Shown piece after piece: positions 9,269 through 18,683 of a stretch of DNA of 36,266 nucleotides (position 1 is the first letter of the stretch; the number at the start of each line of letters is the position of its first letter). The notes under the pieces are model-generated. The model worked only from the letters and a program-made list of their open reading frames with translations, was not told the origin of the DNA and made no database searches. Source of the stretch: a virus (lineage: Duplodnaviria; Caudoviricetes); IMG/VR virus record IMGVR_UViG_3300047669_001621, positions 1-36,266 of that record. One strand, 5' to 3'. A program made the position numbers and the translations under genes.

Positions 9269-9300
9269 CACCCCCCGCAAGGGGGATGCTAACAACAAAG
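9269..9300. terminator. GC hairpin between convergent units
   Basis: CCCCC-GCAA-GGGGG stem-loop (9272-9285); A-run on the left gives a U-tract on the - strand. Confidence 0.6.
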
Positions 9301-9337
9301 CAAACCATGTAGTTAGACTACACGGTTCAGGTTGTGT

Positions 9338-9652
9338 TCAATCTTCATCCCATGCCAGCTTCTCCCCCGCCTTGAGCGGTGTGCTTTCAGGTACCCTATC
9401 CCAAGCTTGATCCACGTACTGCATGATCCACGTCCCCGTCTTGAGCGAAGCCTTAACTGCCTCGCGCTTCCCCTCGGCGGTGACGTCATCGAAGTCCGCA
9501 AAGGCTTGGTCGTCGTTAAGCATATCCCTAAACCCGTTCACGGTTTCATTTAAGAGATACATGGCCCGCGACTTACCTAGCGTTAAGCCCATGGCGACGG
9601 CCTCTATGTCTTTGTCCTGTATTTTATTTCCCTTTTTATTTTTCTTAGGCAT
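9338..9652 (-). CDS. Hypothetical protein (104 aa)
   Basis: ATG 9652 (MPKKNKK) overlaps the recombinase stop by 8 nt. Confidence 0.7.
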   Translation of the reverse strand: MPKKNKKGNKIQDKDIEAVAMGLTLGKSRAMYLLNETVNGFRDMLNDDQAFADFDDVTAEGKREAVKASLKTGTWIMQYVDQAWDRVPESTPLKAGEKLAWDED

Positions 9653-10544
9653 GATTATATATTTCAGTTGTTCCTGTTGATGTGTGTGCCACAAGCTTCC
9701 CTATGTCCTCCAACCCAACGCCAGCGGCCTTGAGCCTCGTGACGAATGAATGCCTTAAGCAATGAAATGATAATACCCTTCCATTGATCGTCGGGATTTT
9801 CTTAAGCATTCTCTTATAGTACTGGGGGAGATAGGATCGGGTGGATGGAGTTGATATAAGTCTCCGTTCTTCGGGCCACACATAGTCGGGGTCGTCCCCG
9901 AAGTCCAGACCATTGAACAGCTTAACCAATTCACCTCCTCCCAACATGTCGTGATCTACGGGCAAGGCAACCCTGGCATGCTGCTTATCTCCTGCCTTCG
10001 CCGTCCATACCACGAGGTGGTTGGGGACGGAGACGATGCTGTCCCACTCAAGGGACGCGCAGTCGGACAGCCTTAGCCCGGTGTAGTATGACAAGGTGGT
10101 CGCGAACTTGAAGAACTCAAGGTACGTCGGCGGCACGGGGGCCTTATGCAGAACATCAATGCCCTGACACGTAAGCTTGTACTCTTCGAGGGAGAACGGT
10201 TTCTTCTTCTTCGGCTCCTTCTGCTTGAGTGTTAGGTTTTTCATATTAACTCTAAGCTTTGCGGCTACATTCCCTTTGCAATGCCCCCTATCTTTGGCGA
10301 GGCTAAGGAATGAATTGACTGCCGACAGTCGGAACCTCCGCTGCCCCAGTCCCACCCCGTCTTCCGCATTGATATAGCAGCTCACCATCTCCGGCGTCAC
10401 GTCATTGAGGTCAATGGATTTCTTTGGCAGATACTTCTCGATCCACATATTGATGGCGCTGTTCTGGGAGGCCACCGTGTTCGCCGCCCGATTCTCCAAT
10501 GCCCAGTGAGTGTACTCGCAGGTCAAAAACTTCCAAGGTGTCAT
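9645..10544 (-). CDS. Tyrosine recombinase/integrase
   Basis: Full catalytic set: YTGLRLSD (R), TAKAG (K), FHCLRH (HxxR), VAHTS (H), EIYNH (Y); 299 aa. Confidence 0.93.
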   Translation of the reverse strand: MTPWKFLTCEYTHWALENRAANTVASQNSAINMWIEKYLPKKSIDLNDVTPEMVSCYINAEDGVGLGQRRFRLSAVNSFLSLAKDRGHCKGNVAAKLRVNMKNLTLKQKEPKKKKPFSLEEYKLTCQGIDVLHKAPVPPTYLEFFKFATTLSYYTGLRLSDCASLEWDSIVSVPNHLVVWTAKAGDKQHARVALPVDHDMLGGGELVKLFNGLDFGDDPDYVWPEERRLISTPSTRSYLPQYYKRMLKKIPTINGRVLSFHCLRHSFVTRLKAAGVGLEDIGKLVAHTSTGTTEIYNHA

Positions 10545-10810
10545 GCGAATTTTACGTCCGACACTTTGCCGACGCCGATGAGCCTACTCAGAACGCCTTC
10601 ATCCTTAGGTAGGTCTTTGTTTACACAAATCAATTGAGGTATAGCGGTGACTCCGTAGAGCGTGGCCGACTGCTGTCCGTCGCCCGTAGTTATATCCACT
10701 ACCTCAAGTTCTTTCTTATGCTTCACCGCCACCTTCTCGGCGACGGGTAGCATAACCTCACAAGCGCCGCACCATGTGGCTGTGAAATACATTATTGCTG
10801 TTTTGCTCAT
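10541..10810 (-). CDS. Thioredoxin-like protein
   Basis: YFTATWCGAC active site, VDI, YGVTAIPQLI cis-Pro motif. Confidence 0.9.
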   Translation of the reverse strand: MSKTAIMYFTATWCGACEVMLPVAEKVAVKHKKELEVVDITTGDGQQSATLYGVTAIPQLICVNKDLPKDEGVLSRLIGVGKVSDVKFA

Positions 10811-13332
10811 TATAATTTTGTTGGATTTTGGTTAGTTTCTTTCATCACTCCCGCAAGCGTGTTCCACTCAAGCTCACAAGATGACTCTGGTCTGGACTCA
10901 CCGTTCTCATCAAAGTTAATGATGTGGTCGGCTAGTATCTCCGATGCCTCCATTTGTTTATAGTCCCTATCAACCCGCTTGCCATGGAGACATAGCGTTG
11001 CGGCGTCCTGCTTAGTGGCAACCCTGTCGAAGATAGCCTCCTCGATTGTGTTCTCAAAAAGAATCACATGAATGTTGCATTCCTTCGGGGAATTCAGTCG
11101 ATGAACCCTTCCGAGTGCCTGATACAGGGAGCCGTATCCCCAGTCGAGCGATGCAACTATAAGGTTAGGGCAGTTCTCAAAGCTATAAGCCTGCGCGCAA
11201 TTGATACCCATTAGCAATATGGGGAATTCTTTTTTCTTGAACTGCGACGCCTGCATTGCGTGCTTCCCTCTCGTGCTGTCGATCCGCCCATACCTAATGC
11301 CGGCTTGATTTATTCTGCTCGCTATCTCATTGCCCTGCCCTGTCCTTGAGTATACCACGACGGTCTGCTCACCCTTGTCGATGTTCTCGTTGAGCATTTG
11401 CAGTATGGTTATGATCTTTGGATTGAAGTTGGATGTGCATATCTCCGAGTCCTCCTCCCTTAGCCCCGCGAACGTATCCCTTGGCGATGCACATATGGAA
11501 CGCAGTGCGTTGGTTTGCCGAAGGGCTGCCGTAAGCATGGCCCTCTGCTTCTCCTTCTTCTCCCTCTTGGGTAAATCTTTCGGTATAAATACCTTCCTGT
11601 TGAGGTACTTGGCGTACAACTGCATCTGCTCTTGCCCCATTGGCACCCTCACATCCTGCACATTGCACTTCACTAGGTCTGGGTTGCACTCCTCCTTACT
11701 AATGTAACCAAGGATTGGCTTTATAAGTTTAAGTAGCCTAGTCGGTGAAGAGATTACGGCAGAGTTAGAGCGTATCCTTCCACTCCAGTTGGGGTCCTCG
11801 CTTCTCCTTCTCCGCTCTTCAGTGGAGTCATACTCGACGGACATGAACTGATGCTCGAACGACCCGTACTCCGAGATAGCGTAGGGGAATGCGGCGTTCC
11901 GCTTGCCTCCCTTGTACCAATCCCGCACCGCAAGCCACCCAAGGATGGGGAAGATGTTGGTTATCTGGTTAGGAATAGGGGTAGCCGAGAGTGTATATCT
12001 AAACTCTGGCTGAAGCCTAAGTAACGCCCTAGTCTGCATTGACTTGAGTGACCTCATAAGGTGGGCTTCGTCTATGATTATCATATCAAACTGCGAGCCA
12101 CACAAGGTGGACAAGCTTGGCTTAGCTACGCAGACTATACCGTTCGCATCACATTCACCCAAGCCAAGGTGGTAAAGTCGATCACCCTCGCGATGCTTCT
12201 TCCTTATGGCGAGTCGCTTCCTGAACTGCTCTTCGCGCTTCACTGCATTCGCCTTCCTCCATGTTCCGGGAGCGTACTCCATTGCGTCATTCTTGAGAAA
12301 GGCAGACGGGTATGTGATGTATATCCCCGGAGGAAACACACCGTCCTCTCCCTCTGAGCGTGCCTTGTCGTAGTCCGACCGATTGAATAGCGTGCGAACA
12401 GGGTAGTACGGGCAGAACTTTTGTATCTCAGCTACCCACTGGGCTGGATCAAAGTTCCGCTTGTCTCCCATCTCATTCTCCACCGTACCCTTAGGGGCCA
12501 TGATCAGAATACGCTCAGCTTTCGCAAGCCAAGCTAGGGTCAATGCCCCAAGCGTCTTGCCTGTACCTACGTCGGCAGCAATACATCCATACTTCTTTAT
12601 GCCCATCCTTGCGTAGTAGTCCAGCTGTCCAGGGAAGTAAGTGAATCCAGACATGGCCTCGAATGCACGCATCTCCTCGATGTTGCTGTCATACTTTTCC
12701 TCACTGACCTCCCTGATCGTGTCAACATCCGGACGCTTGAAGTGTTCCCATAACTCCGCCTCTTGGTGTTGGTTGTCATGCGGCCCGGGCCTGTCCCTGA
12801 AGAAGTGGTACTCGTTGTTGTCGTCCACTATCCTTATGAATCTATCCACTCCTGTGAGTTCGCAAGTGTGTTCCGTTACTCGCATAGTCCCACTGTCCTC
12901 ATCATAGTAAGGCTTCTTCCTTGTGAACTTCTCAGTGAATGGAGTTGACCCCGTCCGAATGTCATAACCTCGCCCCGGAGTGAGGTTAAGTGACGACCCA
13001 TCCACGCACTCAAGCTTGCCCATCTCATCCGCATAAGCCACAAGTTCTTGATCCGTTGGCGGCCTAAGGGGTGCATTAAACTCATCCCCCTGCACCAGTG
13101 ATGCCACGATTGCTTCCTTCGCAAGTGGCTCAATTTGCACCTCACCCTCACTGCTCAACAGCAGGATGTCCCGCATCCCCTGCCTGCTTGCGGCTTCAGT
13201 TAGCAATGCGACAGGCGTCTCATCCCTCAGCTTTCTGAGCGTGTTAAGATGCTGCCACCTATTCAACGCCGACAGCCTACCCTCTGACACCGCAAGGGTG
13301 CCGTCCTTCCTGATTGATAAATCGTAACTCAT
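10810..13332 (-). CDS. SNF2-family SF2 helicase/translocase with N-terminal extension
   Basis: ADVGTGKT (I), IIIDEAH (II), LSATPIPN (III), NPKI, QALGRVHRL (VI), TIEEAI. Confidence 0.9.
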   Translation of the reverse strand: MSYDLSIRKDGTLAVSEGRLSALNRWQHLNTLRKLRDETPVALLTEAASRQGMRDILLLSSEGEVQIEPLAKEAIVASLVQGDEFNAPLRPPTDQELVAYADEMGKLECVDGSSLNLTPGRGYDIRTGSTPFTEKFTRKKPYYDEDSGTMRVTEHTCELTGVDRFIRIVDDNNEYHFFRDRPGPHDNQHQEAELWEHFKRPDVDTIREVSEEKYDSNIEEMRAFEAMSGFTYFPGQLDYYARMGIKKYGCIAADVGTGKTLGALTLAWLAKAERILIMAPKGTVENEMGDKRNFDPAQWVAEIQKFCPYYPVRTLFNRSDYDKARSEGEDGVFPPGIYITYPSAFLKNDAMEYAPGTWRKANAVKREEQFRKRLAIRKKHREGDRLYHLGLGECDANGIVCVAKPSLSTLCGSQFDMIIIDEAHLMRSLKSMQTRALLRLQPEFRYTLSATPIPNQITNIFPILGWLAVRDWYKGGKRNAAFPYAISEYGSFEHQFMSVEYDSTEERRRRSEDPNWSGRIRSNSAVISSPTRLLKLIKPILGYISKEECNPDLVKCNVQDVRVPMGQEQMQLYAKYLNRKVFIPKDLPKREKKEKQRAMLTAALRQTNALRSICASPRDTFAGLREEDSEICTSNFNPKIITILQMLNENIDKGEQTVVVYSRTGQGNEIASRINQAGIRYGRIDSTRGKHAMQASQFKKKEFPILLMGINCAQAYSFENCPNLIVASLDWGYGSLYQALGRVHRLNSPKECNIHVILFENTIEEAIFDRVATKQDAATLCLHGKRVDRDYKQMEASEILADHIINFDENGESRPESSCELEWNTLAGVMKETNQNPTKL

Positions 13333-13691
13333 TTATATCCTTTGTTGTACTCATCCCAGTTTTCCCCAAGGGCCTCGAAGCCCATGCCCCATATGTCATG
13401 GAGCAGGTGAACATACTCATCATAACCGTTCACCTCCTGCGCCTTGCTCTTGAAATTGCTATAGTCAAGCGTATCTACGATCTTGCTCATCCACTGATCG
13501 AACACATGGCGTGGAAGAATTGTCCTGTATTTGTAATCCCTATCCGGGGTAACCATAATGGGGTGTGTTGAACTCACTCTCTCCATAAGAAGAGTTAGGT
13601 GTTTCTTTTTTCTAGCTCTAACCTGAATCTTGTCAGCGTCCAGAGATGACTGGGTTGTGCTGAAGAAACCTTCTGGCGTTAGTATCCACAT
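13329..13691 (-). CDS. Conserved-looking phage hypothetical protein
   Basis: MWILT..GFFS, QVRAR, DY.YR, LDYSNFK pattern recalled from a widespread uncharacterised family; ATGA-coupled to SNF2. Confidence 0.75.
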   Translation of the reverse strand: MWILTPEGFFSTTQSSLDADKIQVRARKKKHLTLLMERVSSTHPIMVTPDRDYKYRTILPRHVFDQWMSKIVDTLDYSNFKSKAQEVNGYDEYVHLLHDIWGMGFEALGENWDEYNKGYK

Positions 13692-13692
13692 G

Positions 13693-14334
13693 TTACCCTT
13701 CCTCCCATCTGTGCTTGGTCCAGCTATGCGCCTTCCTCTCCGCGCCTACCAGTTGTGTGGGGTACTTTGATCCTGCGTCTACGCCAACCCATCCCTCATA
13801 GAACTCGGCATCCCATTCCTTGTTCATTCTCTGGGCGACACCATCCCAGTACTTAGCCTCCACCTTGTCCTCGAAGTTGAATATAGTAGGTACGTATACG
13901 TGATTGTCCTTAGGTTTTTCATCTACCTTGTGTACGCTTGGCAGTAACACCCTTAGTACGGACTGCCTATCCTCATACCTCCCCGGTATTGACGGCATGT
14001 CCAGTACTATCAAGGTTCCCCTACCTATGCCGTGCCTCCTCGACAGTCCCTCGCAATCAAGCCACTCGGAAAACGAGTCGGCAACTGGAGTCAGCTGCCT
14101 TCTTATCAGCGACAAGGCGTCGGTAAACTCATGCTCTATCGACAAGCGTTCGAGCTGTCTGTTATACATAACCCCAGTCACCGTGTTGAGGAACACTCGC
14201 CACCCGTTGTACTTCGGCGTGAATATAGTATTACGTTTGTCCGTCATCTCCCACACCTTACCCAAGGGCTTGCCCCCGGTGGTGGGGCGAGCGGGATAGG
14301 TGGGGGGGAAGGTGTCAATGGTCGCGGTGTTCAT
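13693..14334 (-). CDS. ATP-dependent ligase-like nucleotidyltransferase (adenylation domain only, 213 aa)
   Basis: Motif I TPKYNGWR, Ia YNRQ, III WLDCEG, IIIa LIVLDM, IV YEGWV, V WTKHR. Start taken as ATG 14334. Confidence 0.75.
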   Translation of the reverse strand: MNTATIDTFPPTYPARPTTGGKPLGKVWEMTDKRNTIFTPKYNGWRVFLNTVTGVMYNRQLERLSIEHEFTDALSLIRRQLTPVADSFSEWLDCEGLSRRHGIGRGTLIVLDMPSIPGRYEDRQSVLRVLLPSVHKVDEKPKDNHVYVPTIFNFEDKVEAKYWDGVAQRMNKEWDAEFYEGWVGVDAGSKYPTQLVGAERKAHSWTKHRWEEG

Positions 14335-14653
14335 GTTTTCGTTCAGCTTCAGCTTCTTCGCCAAGCTTCTTATCGTAGTTAAGTATCTCTCCCATGCCCT
14401 CGTCGTTGTAGTGGTCCTCAATCGCCTGACGGACAAGCGCTTCATCGGGTGGGTTCATTAGTATTTCAGTGGTGACAGACTCAATGACCACATCACTTAT
14501 GTCGATGGTGGGGCCAGGGTCATGCGTTAGGTTGACCTGCTCTCCGTAGTCATAGGAGAAGGAGTTGTCCTGCACGTCATACTCAATCAACCCCTCAACC
14601 TCATGCAACTCTCCGCCCTCATCCTCGTACTCGAACTCGAACGGGTATGTCAT
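14315..14653 (-). CDS. Acidic hypothetical protein
   Basis: ATGA-coupled; very Asp/Glu-rich. Confidence 0.75.
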   Translation of the reverse strand: MTYPFEFEYEDEGGELHEVEGLIEYDVQDNSFSYDYGEQVNLTHDPGPTIDISDVVIESVTTEILMNPPDEALVRQAIEDHYNDEGMGEILNYDKKLGEEAEAERKHEHRDH

Positions 14654-15270
14654 CGTACTATTACAGACACGGGCATGTGCTGATTAACTTGTAGGTTTTG
14701 CCTCGGCGTGAGCATCTCATACCTTCCGGCGGTGAACACGGGGGTAAACTTAAGAACCTTCCGAAGGTTATGAGCTTGGTGGTACTTATTAAGCACCGCT
14801 ATCATGTCCATGAGAAACTCATTCCTGATCGACGCCGGTATCTCTGCGGTGTCCATCTTGATTTCCACATGCTCCTCGAAGCACTTGTCATACTTGCTTT
14901 TCGTCGTGTCCTTTAGCACCCTCACCTTAGCCTCACCCTCGGGCAGGGTTTGTGTTCCGTCTTGGAGTACGCACCTTGTCCAGTTGTTATTATGATACAC
15001 GGTAACTCTATCCTGATTGCTCGACCCCATTGCCCTGAAAGTTTTGGAGGCTTCCGCAACCCCCGCATTTCTGTTAAACAATTCCTCAAGGTATGCCTCC
15101 TTGATCTCCGCTTCGGGCGGAGCCTTGAGCTGTTGCCCCTCTTTTTCTATGCCCTTGCCTTGGCAAAATGCATCGACCCTCTCTGCTGCTATCGTGTTGA
15201 GCAGTGGTTTGTCCTGCTTACCCTTGACGGGCTTCTTGCCCCCGCCACCCTCTAATTTAGTTAAGTCCAT
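14650..15270 (-). CDS. Hypothetical protein (206 aa)
   Basis: AGGA upstream of ATG; coupled within the operon. Confidence 0.8.
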   Translation of the reverse strand: MDLTKLEGGGGKKPVKGKQDKPLLNTIAAERVDAFCQGKGIEKEGQQLKAPPEAEIKEAYLEELFNRNAGVAEASKTFRAMGSSNQDRVTVYHNNNWTRCVLQDGTQTLPEGEAKVRVLKDTTKSKYDKCFEEHVEIKMDTAEIPASIRNEFLMDMIAVLNKYHQAHNLRKVLKFTPVFTAGRYEMLTPRQNLQVNQHMPVSVIVR

Positions 15271-15484
15271 ATGTATCCTGTGCCTCCGTCTGATTGTTTG
15301 GTTTGTCGTTTGTAATATAATCTTCCTCTTCGAGGTATCCCTTCATGGAATCACACATATCCCATTCACTTGCGGCAAAGTGTGCCGCCTTCCCGTCACC
15401 CCTTATGGCGATCTTAGGATAGAAAACTTTTCCTATCCTAAGGAACCACTTGAACAGCCATGGCCCAAATATTTTGAAGATCAT
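15257..15484 (-). CDS. Hypothetical protein
   Basis: ATG 15484 (MIFKIFGPW) in ATGA overlap with the upstream stop. Confidence 0.6.
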   Translation of the reverse strand: MIFKIFGPWLFKWFLRIGKVFYPKIAIRGDGKAAHFAASEWDMCDSMKGYLEEEDYITNDKPNNQTEAQDTYGLN

Positions 15485-16398
15485 TCTTCTAATTCGACCA
15501 AGCCTCGAGTCTTCAGCATGTCCAGTATGAAGTCCGCCGACGAGGCGACGGTCGCCCAAGGTTTCAAGTCATCCCCTCCATGTATCCTGTCGAAGACAAA
15601 GTCTCCATCAGTAGCCCCCACTATAGAGCAAGGAACCCCATATCCCCCGGAGTAGTCATCCGTTTCCTCTTGTTCTTTTGCCGCAAAGACAAGCCTCCTA
15701 AGGATGGATGGGTGAATGATCATAAAGGAACAACGATCCCCATCCAAGTGTTCGTCCGATCTCTTGACCGGAATCTCATACTGATTGATGGTGCCGTCGT
15801 TCTCCGTAGTGGACATGAGCGTCAGCTCAACCGAGTACCCGCAGTTGCTTAGTGCCTCAAGCAATCCGACTACGGCGGCACCCCGATGAATGAACACCTC
15901 CTTCTCAACAGAACAACTGACCGCGACATTGACCAAGACCCTAACGATCTTACCCCCCATACCCTCGGTGTCCTCTGGCTGAAACTCAATCCAGTGTTCG
16001 GGGTCTCCCTCCACGAATGCCCCTATGTCTATTTCATCCCCGCTATCTGCGTACCGTGGATGGTATGCCTTTATCTTGGATGCCACTATCCTGTTCATCT
16101 TTTTACGTACCTCCTCCACATGGCCAAGCCCCTCCGGCCACCCATCGGCAGCCAGCTCTTGGCACTCTTCATATGAACGGGTGCCAGCCCAACCATCATC
16201 CCCTTCCTTCCTGCGTGAATGCTTTTCGGTGGGTCTTTCGGAGAAGTAATCAACTAAGTCCGGCTGATTCTCACAGAACTCTAGGAAATCCTTGAAGTCC
16301 TTCGATGACCTGCGTACCAACTGGTATTCCTCACCATCTCTCTCGAGATTAGTGACCTCTCTTCGACACTGCTCGTGTCCTGCTTTGTAAAATGCCAT
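15481..16398 (-). CDS. vWA-like partner of MoxR-type ATPase
   Basis: GDEIDIGAFVEGDPEHW, VRVLVNVAVSCS (degenerate MIDAS), RGAAV..L.EAL...GYSVEL, HPSILRR, GYGVP. Confidence 0.65.
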   Translation of the reverse strand: MAFYKAGHEQCRREVTNLERDGEEYQLVRRSSKDFKDFLEFCENQPDLVDYFSERPTEKHSRRKEGDDGWAGTRSYEECQELAADGWPEGLGHVEEVRKKMNRIVASKIKAYHPRYADSGDEIDIGAFVEGDPEHWIEFQPEDTEGMGGKIVRVLVNVAVSCSVEKEVFIHRGAAVVGLLEALSNCGYSVELTLMSTTENDGTINQYEIPVKRSDEHLDGDRCSFMIIHPSILRRLVFAAKEQEETDDYSGGYGVPCSIVGATDGDFVFDRIHGGDDLKPWATVASSADFILDMLKTRGLVELEE

Positions 16399-16402
16399 TG
16401 TT

Positions 16403-17014
16403 TTAATTAAATAATTTGAATAATTGCTCCATCTCAGCGGGGGTATACTTCGTCTGTTTTCTCATACGGGATACGTCGCCCCTTGCTAAGGTCTTCAGTA
16501 CACTATTAGCGTCCACCCTCGTGACGCCATACGACCTTGTTATTGTTATCATAAATGATACCTCTAGCGGCTCAGCCTCCACCTGCACGGTGAACCCGTC
16601 CACCTCCAGCCCCCATAGAGCCATCTCTTTGGGCTTATACTTACCGAACGGAACGTGGCACACTTGCGCTAGTGAATACATATCGGCATGTGTAACAACA
16701 TTCTCTTCGGCCGTAACTTCCTCGATGCTAAGGATGTCCACGCTTGGAAAGTATGACCAATCATCTGATTGCTCTTCCCAGTCCGGCCTTACGTCCCGCA
16801 CTCCATGCTTGGGTGGCTCGCATACGCTTTGATACCCTTCGGCCCATTGCTCAGCTTCACTGGCGAGGTCGCTCTCGAAGGACTTCATATCAATCTCCTT
16901 CCCCTTCCCTTTCTTTGGTACCTCGTCGTCGTCTACGGTATATATCACAGTCCCGTCACACTCCGCCGTGGCGTGGTATCTTACTTGAAACTGTCGCTGT
17001 TTCTTATTCTTCAT
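16403..17014 (-). CDS. Hypothetical protein (203 aa)
   Basis: Long ORF filling the space between the AAA and vWA-like genes. Confidence 0.75.
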   Translation of the reverse strand: MKNKKQRQFQVRYHATAECDGTVIYTVDDDEVPKKGKGKEIDMKSFESDLASEAEQWAEGYQSVCEPPKHGVRDVRPDWEEQSDDWSYFPSVDILSIEEVTAEENVVTHADMYSLAQVCHVPFGKYKPKEMALWGLEVDGFTVQVEAEPLEVSFMITITRSYGVTRVDANSVLKTLARGDVSRMRKQTKYTPAEMEQLFKLFN

Positions 17015-17016
17015 GT

Positions 17017-18432
17017 TTATATATTTGATTCGTTAACAATCTTAGCGCGAGTGGCGGAATCCATTCCCTTCCATACGCACATATTCGATACGTGAGTGAA
17101 CCCAAGGCCAGCTCTCAGTAGCTTTATGCCATTGATGCTTGCCCTTGGTGAGACCACATGCCTAACGGCAAGCGAGTCTACCGCATTACGAATGCGTCCG
17201 ACCCACTCAACCCACTCCTGGTCTGTCCGTCCATTCCCCGCATCTAGCTTAATCTCCGCGCCATCCCTTTCGACGCCGCATATTTTCCCCTCCCACTTCT
17301 CGTCATAGTCATACTCGACAACGGCAAACCTATCTATGGTTGCCGCATCCAGTTGATTTCTTCCCACATAAGTAGCGTTAGCACCCAAGCCATACGTGTT
17401 GGCAAGGAAGAGAGGGACAAAGTTCTCATGCCTTGGGGTCATCCCGTCCTGTCCGGGGAAGTGGCTCTCGGCATTGGCGAACCCTTGATTGAGTAACGTC
17501 AATGATCCAGCTGAGCCTGCGTCCGCCTCATCACAAGCATAGAGCATACCCTTACTGAAGCACTGGTAAAATACCGACTCTATGTACCTGCCATTGGCAT
17601 CCATGTACCCAAGGATGTCCGACTTGGAGGTCTGAGGCCCAATGGATTGGATGCGATAGTCAACGCTGTTGTCCTCCCACGCCTCCTCACACACCTCGGC
17701 TAGTGCCTTGATGGTGGATGTCTTGCCCCACCCGGCGGGACCAACGATCATGGTTGGTATCCTGTTGGTTACGGCTGCTGCAACAAGGGGAAACTTATAG
17801 TGCAGGGGTTGGTCGCCTTCCCATTTCTTGCCAGCGGGAAGGATGTTTATGTCGAACGACTGGAAACTTCCACCGCTTGGGCCATGGATGTTATCGTCAG
17901 TCATGTGCGACTTGATCTGCGTCCAGCACTTCTCAATTAGATTTTCTTGGTCGGCCAGCTTATCCGACAGCCTAGTAATAACCTTCCCGTGATCATGGCT
18001 GTTCGCACTGGCAAGGCTAGCAAACCCTTCCTTCATTATACGCAACACTTCCATTGCGCTATCGGCCTCAGCCTCCTTGGCTACATCCTCAATGCGAACC
18101 TCGGGGCCTTCGTATTTGATTTCTTCGGGCAACTCTTCGGGCAACTTCTCTTCTATGGGAAGATTAACCTCTTCGTGTTCACCCGGAACAAAGGGATGGC
18201 TTATGTTATCATGCCACTTAAACTTAAGGCTCCCATCTTGGATGACCTTAATCCATTGCTTAAAGTTTTCGGCTGCCAGTTCCTCATTGCCCTCCTCGGA
18301 CTTGTATTCATTGAGGTTTGCATAGCCCTTTTCCTTGAGCCACTCGTTAAATATTTCCTTGGTCGTTGAGGAGGCAGAGCCTAATGCTCTTGCCAGCTCC
18401 ACGAATTCTTTAATTAGTAATGTCTGTACCAT
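17017..18432 (-). CDS. MoxR/CobS-like AAA+ ATPase with acidic N-terminal extension
   Basis: Walker A GPAGWGKT, Walker B YACDEAD, ANTYGLGA..YVGRNQLDAATIDRF, VSPRA sensor 2. Confidence 0.9.
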   Translation of the reverse strand: MVQTLLIKEFVELARALGSASSTTKEIFNEWLKEKGYANLNEYKSEEGNEELAAENFKQWIKVIQDGSLKFKWHDNISHPFVPGEHEEVNLPIEEKLPEELPEEIKYEGPEVRIEDVAKEAEADSAMEVLRIMKEGFASLASANSHDHGKVITRLSDKLADQENLIEKCWTQIKSHMTDDNIHGPSGGSFQSFDINILPAGKKWEGDQPLHYKFPLVAAAVTNRIPTMIVGPAGWGKTSTIKALAEVCEEAWEDNSVDYRIQSIGPQTSKSDILGYMDANGRYIESVFYQCFSKGMLYACDEADAGSAGSLTLLNQGFANAESHFPGQDGMTPRHENFVPLFLANTYGLGANATYVGRNQLDAATIDRFAVVEYDYDEKWEGKICGVERDGAEIKLDAGNGRTDQEWVEWVGRIRNAVDSLAVRHVVSPRASINGIKLLRAGLGFTHVSNMCVWKGMDSATRAKIVNESNI

Positions 18433-18683
18433 CAGCGTATACGGTTATCCCTTCTCCTGTTTTTCGTATTAGTATTTTGTTTCCATTCAAGCACATCCTC
18501 GTCACCTCGGGTATAAGGGCTGGAGGTATCCCCAACTCCAGGAACCTCGCAAGCAAGCTGTTCACTAGCTCTACTTTCATATTCAATTATCGCATTCTCC
18601 TTTATGATATACTCACGGAGCATGTCGCTCGTCATCGCCATCTCGAACGGCAAGTCCATCAACTCGTGTGCCATGGGCTTCAA
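18432..18683 (-). CDS. Hypothetical protein
   Basis: Stop overlaps the AAA start (TGATG); start uncertain. Confidence 0.55.
   Translation of the reverse strand: MKPMAHELMDLPFEMAMTSDMLREYIIKENAIIEYESRASEQLACEVPGVGDTSSPYTRGDEDVLEWKQNTNTKNRRRDNRIR

Noticed and set aside
15017-15655. 212-aa + strand ORF
   Set aside because: Antisense to three coupled - strand genes; Ser/Leu/Pro-rich shadow frame.
15481-18432. Cobalamin biosynthesis genes cobS/cobT
   Set aside because: No cobN or other pathway genes; motifs fit generic phage MoxR AAA-vWA pairs.
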